DNA of 57,868 bases from Octopus bimaculoides (lineage: Eukaryota), in contig NC_068988.1 of the NCBI RefSeq assembly GCF_001194135.2, positions 24,258,238 to 24,316,105 of the forward strand. The letters are read 5' to 3'. Of this stretch, positions 37,431 to 51,149 are shown one piece after another. How positions within the stretch are numbered: position 1 is the stretch's first letter; each line of letters opens with the position of its first letter. The position numbers were made by a program, and so were the translations under genes. The notes beneath the pieces were generated by a model. That model ran no database searches. It was given only the letters and a program-made list of their open reading frames with translations, and had not been told where the DNA came from.

Positions 37431-38070
37431 CATGCATATACGTATATATGCATATATACGTGTTTATGTGTGTGTTGTGAGTGTATTCTTTCGCGAGAAG
37501 TATTTTAGCAACCTTTCAGTCAGTCATTAGAGACACTCCAGTATATGGCAGGTTAAGACAGAATCTTAGATTAGCGCAATTAGCTACTTCTAAACATTTA
37601 ATTGGGGCCCATAAAAAAACGTTGTATCCGCCCTCATATAAAAAACCATTCGTATGAAAATTTGTTTTCATGCAATGCAAAATGGAACATTGTATAACAA
37701 ACATACAATTAATGCAATCGACTTAATCATTTTTATTTTTCCTCTATATTTTTCTTTAAAAATTGCTTGGAGATAATAGAAAGGACGTTGATTAGTAATT
37801 CTTGGTTATGCAGAATATGAATTTGTATGCAAACTTCATTACTGTAACTAGTTATTTGTAACATAAATAAAGGGGACAAGTTGAGAGACTTGTCAGAGGG
37901 GAAGTCAAAAGATTATGATATTTGTTCCGTCTCTGATTTCGAATCTAGTCGCTGCCGTCTTTGCCTTTCATCACTGTGTTGTTCATAAAATAAATTACTA
38001 GTCAAAAACAGTGGATTGGTAGAAGTTTCAGAGAATCGGACTAGAGGCCTTGTAATATCTGTGCTATGGA

Positions 38071-38306
38071 AAGGCGGTGAGCTCGCAGAATCGTTATTAC
38101 GCCGGGCGAAATGCTTACCGGTATTTCGTCTGCCGTTACGTGCTGAGTTCAAATTCCGCCGAGGTCGACTTTTCTTTTCATCCTTTCGGGGTCGATAAAT
38201 TAAGTACCAGTTACGAACTGGAGTCGATGTAATCGACTTAATCCCTTTATCTGTACTTGTTTTTTTCTCCTCTATGTTTAGCCCCTTGTAGGCAATAAAG
38301 AAATAA
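38071..38306 (+). mobile_element. SINE family A, near-intact full-length copy
   Basis: ggcggtgagctcgcagaatcgtta...gagttcaaattccgccgaggtcgac...tcctttcggggtcgataaattaagtaccag...aataaagaaataa. Confidence 0.93.
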
Positions 38307-38503
38307 GAAACGTTAGCACGCCAGGCAGGATGCTTAGCGCTATTCCGTCTGTCTTTAAGTTCTGAGTTCAAATTCTGCCGAGGTGGACTTTGCCTTTCAT
38401 CCTTTTTGGGTCGATAAATTAAGTAGCACTTTCGTACTGGAGTTGATCTAATCGAGTGGCACCCTCCCCAAAAATATTGGACCTTGTGCTTACAGCAGAA
38501 AGG
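38307..38503 (+). mobile_element. SINE family A, second head-to-tail unit (5'-truncated)
   Basis: Begins gaaacgttagcacgcc directly at the tail of the previous unit. Confidence 0.88.
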
Positions 38504-38504
38504 A

Positions 38505-38656
38505 TCTGAGTTCAAATTCCACCAACGTCGACTTTGTCTTTCATTTTTGGTGAGTTGATAAATTAAGTAGCATTGAAATACTGGGGTCGATATCATCGGC
38601 TAGTCTCCTCCACAAAAAAAAGAAAAAGAATTCAGGCCTTGTGCTTTGTAGAAAGA
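38505..38656 (+). mobile_element. SINE family A, third head-to-tail unit (5'-truncated at the B box)
   Basis: Begins tctgagttcaaattcc; ends gtagaaag plus an (ATT)n tail. Confidence 0.85.
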
Positions 38657-38961
38657 ATTATTATTATCATTATCATTATTCAGAATGTTTAGTGGAAAAA
38701 TTGGTTCAGACGAAGAAACGAATTCTGGGGTATTTAATTACATTCCTTTATTTTGTCAAGTGAAATCCCATAAGTAGGTATTTTCTCTTTCATCTTTCCA
38801 ACGTCAATAAACTAAATAGCGACTAACAAACAGGGACGACCTTTAATTGACGAGTTATTTTCCTACAAAAATGTTTGGTCTGGAGCCAAAATTAATAAAC
38901 CTTTCTCCTACAAATATTACTTATAATATTATGAGCCATACGTTCTTCACGATTTATGATG

Positions 38962-39060
38962 CAGTAATCCCTCGCCATATCGCGGTTAACCTATCGCGGT
39001 TCACCTATCGCGGTTCACTTATCGTGGTTTACCTATCGCGGTTTACCTATCGCGATTTAT
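38962..39060 (+). mobile_element. pogo/Tigger-like terminal inverted repeat fragment with a tandemly amplified 14-mer
   Basis: CAGTAATCCCTCGCCATATCGCGG resembles Tigger-class termini (recalled). It is followed by about 6 copies of (A)CCTATCGCGGTT(C/T). Confidence 0.55.
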
Positions 39061-39089
39061 TGTCTACGTTTACGTCGATTCCTCCTTGG

Positions 39090-39280
39090 CTTAAACTTTT
39101 GGAGAGTAGAAATGGAGGTAAAGAATCAATCATATCAACACCAGTAGATAACTGGTACTTATCTTATCAATCTCAGGAAAACAAAAGCCAATGTTGTCTC
39201 TGGCATGATTAGAACTCAGAACATAAAGGGATGTAAGCAAATACTGCAAAGTATTTCATTCAACACTCCACCATCCTTGT
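39090..39280 (-). mobile_element. SINE family A, old diverged copy
   Basis: actggtacttatcttatc...agaactcagaac...aaatactgcaaagtattt. Confidence 0.6.
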
Positions 39281-39332
39281 GATGATGATGATGATGATGA
39301 TGATGATGAGGAGGAGGAGGAGGGGGAGAATA

Positions 39333-39529
39333 TTTTCTAATTTTGGCACAAGACCAGAAATTTCGAGGGGACAAAGCAATTACCTCAACTCCACTGGCAC
39401 TTTATTTTATCGACTCTGAAAGGCAAAGTTGACATGAGTGGCATTTGAACTCAGAACGTAACAAGCTGGAAGAAATGCTGCTGAGCATTTCGTTCCGATG
39501 CACTAACGATTCTGCCAGTTTGTCACCTT
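39333..39529 (-). mobile_element. SINE family A
   Basis: ggcacaagaccagaaattt...gaaaggcaaagttgac...atttgaactcagaacg...ctaacgattctgccag. Confidence 0.82.
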
Positions 39530-41134
39530 CATAACAATAATAATAGTAATAATAACAATAATAAATTATTATTGTTATTGTATCGAGAAGGAGCAAACAA
39601 TAACAACAATATGCATATATTTGAGAAAGATAATTGTTTGTTATGATTTAGTTAGGCCATGGGAATAGCGCACTCATGACCTTAATAGGTCTTCCGAAGA
39701 TAACTGAAGGGAATCGGGAACTAATATGTCTCAGTGGATAGAATTCATTCAATGAGGTTCCTTCTATTTTCCGTCTAACGAATACTGCAGGTCAGTTTCT
39801 TAACTTTATGAAAACAAATGCCGTACAATCCTTAGTCATATCGAAATTACGTCTATCCTTTGAAGAACTATATACCTGACTGTTCACTTCACACCTGCTT
39901 CCTTTTATCCGTTGTAAATTCTCATATGTGTAATTAATGCCAAACTCAGACGAAATTTTCCTATACTAATACATAGTCGCACGAATAACATTAAATCAAG
40001 TATTTTACTCATGACATCAGATAGAAGAACTAAATATGTAATTGTGGACAACACATTCTCAAGAAATGGCGAGAAAGGTATCACCAACTTATATACTATG
40101 CATCTCTACATTAAATTATGTAGTTACTGCATTAATCTTCTCATATAACATGTTTCAGCTACGCCAACGTGTCAAGCTGTATATTACATATCTATGTTAA
40201 GAATAATTTAATGTCACCCTGTTCATATCTCTATCTCATCTAACACTAATAAAAATTGACATACATAGATTCAATTAAATGGAGAACAGCGCAATGTATT
40301 CAATGACGGTTGCACGCAAAACAGTTTATTTTGCGGAGGACGGGAAGTAATATTTTATATTCTTACATACAGGTTAGATTCGCAAATTCTCTGCTCTTAT
40401 ATCAAGATGATTATAAACAGAGTGGCTTAAGACAGAAATCAAACAGCATCCATATTTATAATACCGCTAGTAAAGAGAAAGAAACTTTCTACAATTCTCA
40501 GTTGGCTATATTGATGTAATTTTCATTAAGATTCTTTCGTAACCTTCTTGTTCTTTGTTATAGTGTGTCGAACAACAAAGGAAAGATAAGGCGTCAAAAT
40601 TCCGTGCTGAGAATGCAGATTCAAATGAGTGTTTCTTGTTTCTTCTTGAATTCGATTTCTCTTATCTTGATACTATTGTATATTTTTACAACTCTATCAC
40701 ACTACCTCAGCGAATAAAGATTTACGTCTTAGATTTACTGTCGCCCGCTTATCTACAGAGTGACTCCAAAGTTCTGTTCTTACCAGCTCTTCAATGAATT
40801 GTAGACAAAAAAATGGCTTATACTGAGACGCAATTTTACTAATACAACATGTATTGAATTTTGCTCTCTCTCTCAATAGGATTATTGTACATTCCCAAAG
40901 CCTTTCAATCTTGGAAATTATGGCAGTCGTCATATGAGATTTATTGGATCAGTTTATAGAAATATATTCTTTTTTGATTATTCATTTCTTTGATATGCAA
41001 TGTAATGTAAACTATGTTGTTAACACCTGTAGAAAATTTCTCACAATTAATGTTGCTATAATGTTAATTATTTTTTATTGTCAAAAGATCACATATTTTC
41101 AATGTGCAGTTTTAATTGCCTTGAATACATAAGT

Positions 41135-41215
41135 TATTAGTACTTATTTCATCAACACCAGAGAGATGAAAGAGAAAGTTGAGCTCAGGGATATTTGAAC
41201 TGGGAACATACAGAC
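41135..41215 (-). mobile_element. SINE family A, internal fragment
   Basis: gtacttatttcatcaacacc...gatgaaagagaaagttga...atttgaact. Confidence 0.55.
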
Positions 41216-41823
41216 AAAGAATAACTTAAAGATAACGATCATGGCTTCCCAAGTGATATATTCGTGGCAATTACTATATTTTAATTATTCTCCTGACGTT
41301 CATATAAATATAGACAGTTGTCATTAGGATCAAAAAGTGAAGCATTTTATACCAGATTATAGTTATTATATGGGAAGTGAGTGGCGTCTACTGCACTAAA
41401 CAAGCAATCTTAATCGACCGTAAATCAGAGAAACGAGTTTTCTTGGTGGCTTGATCGCCTAGAGTCAACAAACGAGTTTATTTCATATCAGATGATAAGG
41501 TCTTAAAACAAGTAATTAAATATGTTGAAAATGTAGTCCAAAGTTAAATGTGCTAGAAAATAGATGCAGATAGAATTACATTCAGAATGTTTTGGCCACA
41601 AGACGGCATGATCTAGGCTGACCTGCAATTAAACATGTCGCATACTGACAAGCTGTTTTTTGAGTTAGCAAAGGAGAGTCTCACTATAAAATATATAAAT
41701 TCTATCTTCAGCATACACGCACATACGTATATATATGCATTTTGCAGATATATAATATATATAGATACATGCATACAACATGCATACAGACAGACAGACA
41801 AATAGATAGCTAGACAGACAAAC

Positions 41824-41875
<52 letters not shown>

Positions 41876-42190
41876 TGATAGATATTAGACATACAGCTGT
41901 AGACGTACAAATATTTTTTACATATTTATTCCGAAATATCATCGGACTATGGATAACTGAATTACAACAGGTATATAGTCTATTTTTTGTACTATAGTGC
42001 ATTGTTTTACCATTCAAAACTTTTTATTCTTTACAAACAATATACAATGCTTCAAGCGAACTACAATACTCTCCTACATAGAATATAAGCTAAGAGAAAG
42101 AAAGGTGATCAATATTATATATGAAACTGGGGAGAGAGGAATCAAATATATTTACAAAAGTCTCCGTAATCTAAACAGAGACAAGAAAGA

Positions 42191-42256
<66 letters not shown>

Positions 42257-42267
42257 ACATTATACAT

Positions 42268-42435
42268 CCTATGTTTGTTCCCACACCTAGCGGTTCGGCG
42301 TAAGAAACCTATAGAATAGGTATTAGACTTTGAAAGATAGGTACTGGGGCCGATACATTCAACTAAAATTTCTTTAAGGCGGTGCCCCAGCACGGCCGTA
42401 GTCTGATGATTGACACATGTAGAAGATAAAAGATA
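42268..42435 (+). mobile_element. SINE family B, 3' half
   Basis: ctagcggttcggc...tactggggccgat...aaggcggtgccccagcacggccgtagtc...(gataaaa)n. Confidence 0.78.
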
Positions 42436-42444
42436 TTAAAATTC

Positions 42445-42715
42445 TGGATTGTCACGTCTGGAATGCCTTTTGTTTGTGTGTTCGGAGTTGAATGAAAGAA
42501 CAACGTGCCGTCGATGGAACGTATAAGTGGTCGCTCCACCTGCTAGAAATAGCAGCCGAGCATTTCTGTCGCTATATCCTATAATGTTAGGATAAAAGAT
42601 GGATGAGGTAGTGTTGCTTTTATTATACCTAAAATGAGGACAGTGTTCCTTGGAATGCTTTTGATGATAGATCTGCTCAACCATCTCTGATCCGCGATAG
42701 AACACAAGTAAAACA
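42445..42715 (+). repeat. Degenerate interspersed repeat (family G)
   Basis: The ggaatgc(c/t)tttgat word is shared with the reverse complement of 55815-55880, and gctagaaata with 48810/49140. Family assignment rests partly on recollection. Confidence 0.4.
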
Positions 42716-43479
42716 GATGTACATCATCTGTCAAATGAAATACAACACTTTTCCCTTTTATATCTCTTATCCTAAGTTTAAATCTACGCAGAAATATCGA
42801 CTTCCGCTTTACTTTTATCGTTGGTTTCGCAGAAAATACAGGGAAATAGAGAAGTTTTGGCGATTTTTTTAAAAACCGGGTTTAAAGATAAAAATGAAAT
42901 TATATGATAATAGAGGCATGTGAAGCTGTTAATGTGTCGAAGAAGTATCTTCTAGTATATAGTTACGGATCTATACAGTGTGCATTTGTGCATTCACATC
43001 CTGCTTAGATTATTAAAGCTGTCCATCCTTTTTGGATTGATAAAATGAATTACTCGTGAAGAGCACGGCTTCGTGCAACCGAATCCTCTTGTAGCTCAAT
43101 TCTGTATCATTTGGCTAATTATGAGAAGTGAATATTCGTCTTAGAAGCATATGGAGTACTGGCATTACATATGTGACAAATGCGTCTGTTTTCTTTTTCC
43201 TCTTTCATTTCTTTCTCAGTTAACGTTCGAGTTATATTTCAGAGAGATTTGACTTCTATTTCTATCAGAGAAATGACTTAGTAGAGTTTCCTTTAGTGTG
43301 TTCGTTCTTCATATTTTCTTTCTTCATTATTCAAAAGTCAAAAATGCATGCCATCAAAGTGACACTGGTGTACAAATATACGAAGCCCAATATACCTATT
43401 ATGACTACCCGTCTGATAAGCGTACACCTGACACATGTATCACAACGATATGTGCGCGACATGTTGATCTGATATCAAG

Positions 43480-43845
43480 GTAAACAGCACATGACCGTGT
43501 AGGTGAGTCCCACTTAGAATTTTCTTCAGGTCGAGTAGCCCATCGCACTCAGAAGGTCCCTGAATAAGCTTTGTTTAAGGATGATGAACGATACACCTGT
43601 GTTTCCAGCTGTGAATTATTCAAACTCCAAAGAATTTCTCTCAACGCATAGCTATGGTGCTCCCCCACATATCATCAACCACTAAGGGACATGCTTAACT
43701 GGTTAAGGTCAAGTCACTGACAAGTAAATCTGTGTTATTGAGCAGAATATTTGCTGTTGCCCATCTTTTATAGCAAGACAAAACATGTACATGACTGCAC
43801 TTCCAATCAGTTAAGATCAAAAGCCACGAGAGCCACTGCCCTATT
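43480..43845. repeat. Interspersed repeat family F, longer copy
   Basis: Homologous to 18870-19025; GC-richer than its flanks. Confidence 0.65.
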
Positions 43846-44062
43846 AAGGCGGCAAGCTGGCAGAATTGTAAGTACTCAGAGCAAAATTCTTAGCAGTATT
43901 TTTTCTGTCGACATGATCTGAATTCAAATTTCGCCGAAGTCGACTTTGCCTTTCATCCTTTCGGGTTCGATAAATTCAATAGCATTGAAACACTGGGGTC
44001 GAAGTAATCGACTTGTCTCCTCGCACAAAATATCAGGTTCCCTGTGCCTATAGTAGAAAGGA
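43846..44062 (+). mobile_element. SINE family A, full length with a (GTT)n/(ATT)n tail
   Basis: aaggcggcaagctggcagaa...gaattcaaatttcgccgaagtcgactttgcctttcatcctttcggg. Confidence 0.88.
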
Positions 44063-47000
44063 TTGCTGTTGTTGTTATTATTATTTTTAGTATTATTATT
44101 ATTAACATCATTATTATTATAGTTGTTGCTGTCGCTTTATTTTGTTATTTCACTGAAAAACATTTCTTTTTTCACGTATCTTCCAATCGATATCTTTTTG
44201 GAACATACTATTGTTGCATTATTTGTCTATTATAATCGTATCCTCCACGGATTGTTACTATTCTAACAAGCTTTTTCATTACTTCTTTTCCTTATTCTGC
44301 TTCAATATTTTATATACATCCATTCTGATGCAAAAATATTGTAGTAAAAATATATTGCCTATATGAAAAGGTAAAACAAAATAATTATCAACGCTTTAAG
44401 CTTATGTTGTGTTTCAAGATAGAGATGATAACACGTCTCGGGTATCATATTAATAGCGGATGAAAGAAGTGGATAGGTATAAGTAGGGGTACGTTTTGAA
44501 AGAATTTGGTACTGCAGATGGAACCTGATGAGGAATGTTAGATATGTGCAAAAGAAAAATCGGCAGTAGCAGAAACGTGGTATGTGTTGGTCAGAGTAGC
44601 TTTCATGAAAATGGTACGAATATATAGGTTAAGCTGCTTGTATTTCAGGATAATTTCCCTGGTGAAGGAATGGATTAGCTTTGGTTACTAGCATGAACTT
44701 CATTAAGAATATGTGCTTGTTGATTTCGCTGGGCACAGAATTTTGTCCAGTTTATTTATCCCTCTCCAAAATTATGTCTATTATACAGACGACTGTAATG
44801 GTGTCAAGTTTCTCACTCGTTAGCAGCTCACTCCATTAAATTCCTCCATTAAAATAATTGAGCTTGAATGTATAGATATATACATATGCATAAACACATG
44901 TATATGCAGCGTTGATAAATGATCCTTCAACGGTTTCGATGATGAGTATGAATTAATCAATGAAGTCCGCTATCTCCACATTCAATAAACGTGCTGTTGG
45001 CTTTGGATTTCACTGGCAAGTGTGTATCTAAAGTAACTGGTACACCGAAATCGCGTGATTTCAGTGTGCTGCACTTCCTCAGTAACAGAAAATATGTGTC
45101 AATATTGAATCTTTGAGTAACCGCAACAATCCACCCAGTCATTTCCACCCAATCACTCACCCGTGTCACTCACAAACCGCAGGTACACGTGACATTACGT
45201 TAAAAAGCAAAAAAAAAAAATACTTGTTCCACATGACATGCAGTGACATCGATCCCTAGACTTCCCAAGTACAAATCGAAACTCTTAACTTGGCAACGAT
45301 GACAGCATCCACATAGATGTGTGATTCAAAGATTTGCTTCAGAAAGCTGTGGCACGATAGCAATGCACGAAACATTGGTGAAGCGTCTTCAGCCGTAATG
45401 TCACATCAGACATTCAATGAAATCGTATAAAATTGAAAGACGGAAATCGTATGGATGTATGTCGTGACCTACGAGCGCGTGGGTGGTAAACATAAAATGA
45501 AGGATTTATCGCCGGTTAATCACCTCTATCAACCGTTTGCGTCTTATTAATGGAGTCCCTCTCCTGCAAGCGATTTTTAATTTAGGGATAACTTGATACC
45601 TTATAATTATCTTGAAATAATTCTAACTATTACAGCCGGATATAAACCATTTTATCTTCCTCGCTCTCTTCAAATCCCGAAGGACTTATGCAATAAAAAC
45701 ACACGCGTGCGAACACACACTCACACACACACATATATTTCATATACAAATACACAAATATAATATAAATATGTGTGTGCATATATGCATATATGAATGT
45801 ATGTATGCTTGTATGTATATATGTATCTATATATGTATGTGTGCATACGTATACAGGTGAGTGCCTTTCTGAAGTAGGATCTTTATTCTTTTGCTTTCAG
45901 AGCTTCTAATTATCGTTCTTTCGAAATCATAGCGAAGAGAATGGGACGGGAAATTACTGATAGCCACATAGCCAGTAGGGAAGAAATACTTAAACTTTAA
46001 GAAAAGAAAAAAATATCTTGCATTTTTTCTTGTAACTACAAGCACTCTCACACACATAACCATAAGTACAGAAACACACACATACACACACGCGCGCACA
46101 TACATACAGACGTGCATTTTCACGCACATGTATAAATACATACATACTTATACACATATATATATATGTGTGTGTGTGTGTGTGTTTGTGTGAGGGTGGG
46201 TGGGTTTGTGTATATGTATATATTAGACAGAATATATATATATAAGACATATTCCATATATTCAATAAGACATTCAATACTTTATTTCATAGTACCATCC
46301 ATTTTTATTTTATATTATATATTGTATTTTATATTATATATTGTATATTCCATATTCTATATCCCACATTGGTTTTGCAGGAATATAAATAAAACATAAA
46401 AAACAGACAGTGTTGGAACGCTTTTAAACAAAATAATATATTCCTCTATACACAATCATACANNNNNNNNNNNNNNNNNNNNNNNNNNNNNNNNNNNNNN
46501 NNNNNNNNNNNNNNNNNNNNNNNNNNNNNNNNNNNNNNNNNNNNNNNNNNNNNNNNNNNNNNNNNNNNNNNNNNNNNNNNNNNNNNNNNNNNNNNNNNNN
46601 NNNNNNNNNNNNNNNNNNNNNNNNNNNNNNNNNNNNNNNNNNNNNNNNNNNNNNNNNNNNNNNNNNNNNNNNNNNNNNNNNNNNNNNNNNNNNNNNNNNN
46701 NNNNNNNNNNNNNNNNNNNNNNNNGGATACCATATAGATATTTGTTTAATTCAATTATAAAGATAAATTAAATATAGAGATATACTAGTGATAAATAATA
46801 ATTTATTTATAATACAATATTACATTAAACACTACGAATATAATATAAGATAACATAATATTATATAACATAAATAATTATAAAAACCATAAAAGGTCAA
46901 CAAATTGTTTCGACTTATATACATTTTTTTCTGATATTCATAATCATAGCTCCATTATATATAAAGTCACTTCAGGGTCATGATTTAGAAAAAGACGAAA

Positions 47001-47960
47001 TTCCGTGTGAAAGGACGGCTGGATTGTAAAAATTAATTCCAATGTGTATGTGTATGAGATTGGGCGTTAACTATTCAATCATACATCAATTACAATTAAA
47101 AAACTACAAAAATACTTTAGTGAACCAATACGATCTAGTAAGTGCAATCCATAACCATCGAAATTCATCTCAAACACATACCAATTAAAGCACTTTCATA
47201 TCCAAGATAGTTAGTTGTCACCTCAACATACACCAATAAGATATGTGTGTATATAAATGTATATAATTAAGTATCTAAGTCTTCTCCTACGTATAACTGC
47301 AACAAAACATATATAAACAATTACATCTTCAATACAACACTTTTATCTATTTAAATTAGTTGGTATGAAAAAAATTATTGTTTAAATTGATTAATAATCA
47401 TCTTCTATACATATTATTTTCTCGGAGAGATAATTCCGTTGTAGATATGGAAAGAAACTTAATGAAAATTTCTCTTTCTTTTACTTAATCTATAGCAGGA
47501 AGAATTCCGTAATAATTGTTAATAAGGACTTGAGACTTTAAATGCGATAACCAAAATACCCTATATACATAAATATTTCTTATAGGCTACAGCAAGGAAA
47601 ATCAAAGTTGCTAAATTTTTAGGGGTAACCAGATTTGAAGTTACTGAAATAATGATTGTTATTCGCACATCATGCAAGGGAGAATTTAGTGAATCGACAG
47701 AAATCAACAATACAAACCGAACAAGCAACAAGCAGAGTTCTCGATGAATTAATCTATATTATTACTATTTACAAAATGATGGACCACATATGGTGCATAT
47801 CCAAACTCTATCAATACTTTCAGAAGTAACAAACAACATTGTTGTCATAAGAATACAATTTATAAACTATACAATACTATAATAATTATTATTTTGGTTA
47901 TCAAATCTATTTACAAAGTCAAATGAAACGTTTTGTTTATCATACAAATATATATATACG

Positions 47961-48000
<40 letters not shown>

Positions 48001-48749
48001 TACATACATATATACACATGCATACATACATATATATGCATATATACACATATATACATGCATATATATACCTATAGATACATTCANNNNNNNNNNNNNN
48101 NNNNNNNNNNNNNNNNNNNNNNNNNNNNNNNNNNNNNNNNNNNNNNNNNNNNNNNNNNNNNNNNNNNNNNNNNNNNNNNNNNNNNNNNNNNNNNNNNNNN
48201 NNNNNNNNNNNNNNNNNNNNNNNNNNNNNNNNNNNNNNNNNNNNNNNNNNNNNNNNNNNNNNNNNNNNNNNNNNNNNNNNNNNNNNNNNNNNNNNNNNNN
48301 NNNNNNNNNNNNNNNNNNNNNNNNNNNNNNNNNNNNNNNNNNNNNNNNNNNNNNNNNNNNNNNNNATATATAAAGTGTATGTATATTCAATCTCACTGTT
48401 TTTTTCCCATTTGCTGTCGACTACGTCGTTGTTTTTTTTATTATCAGTGTGAGATTTGTTCTTTTTCTATAATTTCGGTTGATTGAATTCCTTTCTTGAT
48501 TTTCACAAATCTGAATTTTTAATATTCATCATATGTTATAACTTATTTACACAATCAGATATATACGTTTTACCGCACACCCACGTATACAAGTGTGCGT
48601 GTGAGTGTGCGCTTGCCTTCATGTATATTAATTAACAGAGAGACAATAGTGTGAAAGTGTGTATGCGTATGTATTTATGTATACACGCATATACACATAC
48701 ACACACACGAAGATATATATATATAAATAGCAGATTCAAATATTTCACC

Positions 48750-49270
48750 AAAGAGGAGAATTATAATCGTTATTAAATGTGACTAGTGTATTATACAACA
48801 CATAGATTGCTAGAAATACGAGCTAAAATGCTCCAATGCTGTAATTAATGCACATGAATGAATGCATATACACTAATAGGGACTTGTCCAAAAAATGCAG
48901 ATCGAGAATTCCTATTACTGACGTCTGTTTCGGCAATTTCCGTTGCCTCACCAGTGAAGCCCACTCAATTTCGGCTTGCATCATTATTAGTGTATATGTT
49001 TTCGACATCCAAATTAATGGATGATTTAGCGATTCGTTAATGTGTATACATAAAATTAATATAAACAACAGGTTGCAATTCAAAAAGGAGAATATAATTA
49101 TCACTAAATGTGACTAGGGTGTTAAGGAACACCTTCATTGCTAGAAATAAGAGCTAAAATGCTCTAATTCTGTAGTTAACGCACATGAAGGAAGACATAC
49201 ACAATAACAGGGAGCTCAATCGTCCGCAAAATGACGATCTTGAATTCATCATAATGAAGGTTCGGTAATT
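48750..49270. repeat. Diverged direct duplication of about 190 bp (48750-48945 / 49082-49270)
   Basis: aggagaat.ataat...aaatgtgactag...attgctagaaata.gagctaaaatgctc...gcacatgaa occurs in both copies. Confidence 0.8.
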
Positions 49271-49289
49271 TTAGTGAGACGGTGTATTA

Positions 49290-49535
49290 GGGTTCTGTAA
49301 TTACTTTGCTGAACAATAATACAGATGGTCTGTTTGTCGTGTTCAAATGTTTATATCAAATTGACATTAACTGTACAGGAGCAGGAGGTGTCTCATGTCA
49401 GATGAGGAAATGATTGCCGAGTAACGTGAAATGAAGTGTTTTGCTCAAGAACTCAACTCAATGCTTGGTCTGCGTATCGAAACCACGATCTCACAATCGT
49501 GAGTGCAACACCCAAACAACTAAGCCATGTAAAAA
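49290..49535 (-). mobile_element. Diverged tRNA-derived SINE, head related to families C/D
   Basis: Minus strand catggcttagttgtttgggtgttgcactcacgattgtgagatcgtggtttcgatac...ttgagcaaaacactt. Confidence 0.6.
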
Positions 49536-49556
49536 CACACATAGAGACAGTCACAC

Positions 49557-49626
<70 letters not shown>

Positions 49627-50232
49627 CTGTTCATCATACTGGTGGCCATGGTGAAAGAATGTGCGTGGTGGACCCGAGCGAAAGGATTAGAGACGAAAAC
49701 TTACTTCTCTGGCCAATCGCTCATCAACTTTTTCAAGTATCACTTGAAAAGAAAGGTGAGAATAGAGAGACAGTTTTTGTCTCGTGAAAGTTTCATTAAA
49801 AGGTGGGTGAATGTAGCAAAGACGGTGCGTGCGAGTGACGCTACCTCTTTGAGCATGATCCTATAAATCGAAACAAAAAAATAAAAAATGTTTTAATGAG
49901 AGAGAGAGCACTTCGCTCACATGTGTCTATTCCCTGCTGAGGTTACCATGGTCTTTTCCGTAGGCTTTTCTCTCCATGGATAAACCTAATGTTACCCCAT
50001 TTTACACTAATAACATTTTCTGTGATATACGATACCCCCATTTCTTTTTTTTTTTTTGCCCCTACCGATCCCTTTTGATGTGAATTTTTTTTTTGATTTC
50101 TTTTTTTTTTAAAGAAAAGCTCCACAGTTGTATTTGTCCCCTCTGTGTGCAGCCCTGTGTGGCTAATAAAAGAAAGTTACCTATCTATCTATCTATCTAA
50201 CCGTCTAACTATTTATCTATCAATGAATCAAC

Positions 50233-50301
<69 letters not shown>

Positions 50302-50322
50302 TACATATAGCTATACATACAT

Positions 50323-50357
<35 letters not shown>

Positions 50358-50414
50358 TATATATATAGTTTTAAATCTCTAAATGAGATCTTTGTAGTTA
50401 CAGTATCGTGTAGT

Positions 50415-51108
50415 TTATTTGCAAACATAACGTTGCCATCCGGCATAGGATTATGTTACTGATTTTTAACTCCTGAAAGACATCTTTTCCAGCTGGTTAT
50501 CGACACATGATTTGTGTCTGAATCATACTGTAAGTAAGGCAGTTTACTACCCACTTCTAACCGTTATCATTACCAGCAACCCAATAGTTTCTGGGTAATT
50601 TCCAATCTTAGGTGCAGGACAACCACCTGCGTAGAGACAGCAGCCACCCGACCTTACTCACAGTATATAATTATCGAAGCCAATTACATTACTCAGAGAC
50701 CAGCTGGGGAAGATGCTTTCCTGGGGTTAAAAAACAACATAATGCTATGTATGACTGCTACGTTATGTTGAGAAATAAACTTTACAACTTCACTCTAGCT
50801 ACATGCATCGTTCAGAGATTTAAAACTAGTTGTTTTTCTCCTTACGAGATCAGCAACTATCAGCCACTTCGATAAGTATGTACTATGAGTAAGGTAAGGT
50901 GGCTAGTGTCTCTAGCGAGGGGGTTGTCCAACACCGGAGACGGGAAATTACCCAGAAACCATTGGTCTTCTGGTACTTCTAACAGCTAGAAGAGTGTAGT
51001 AATCCGCCTTACTTCCTGTGTCGATAACCAGCTGGAAAAATGATTTCCTGGGATTAAAATGTAGTAACACAGTCCTATGCAGGACTGCCACGTTAATTTG
51101 GCAAATAA
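50415..51108. repeat. Diverged long inverted repeat (arms 50415-50679 / 50867-51108) with a third partial copy at 50699-50780
   Basis: Colinear anchors ttttccagctggttatcgacaca, gtttctgggtaatttcc, ggacaacc, accttactca and ttatcgaag are present on opposite strands. Confidence 0.85.
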
Positions 51109-51113
51109 TCTTC

Positions 51114-51149
<36 letters not shown>

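Noticed and set aside
44500-44590. CTGATGA ... GAAACGT spaced like a hammerhead
   Set aside because: The intervening sequence does not form stem II and the flanks do not form stem I.
47585-47746. 53-codon frame after an acceptor (ATARKIKVAKFLGVTRFEV...), vaguely HTH-like
   Set aside because: The similarity is too weak, and no TIR or further transposase sequence is present.
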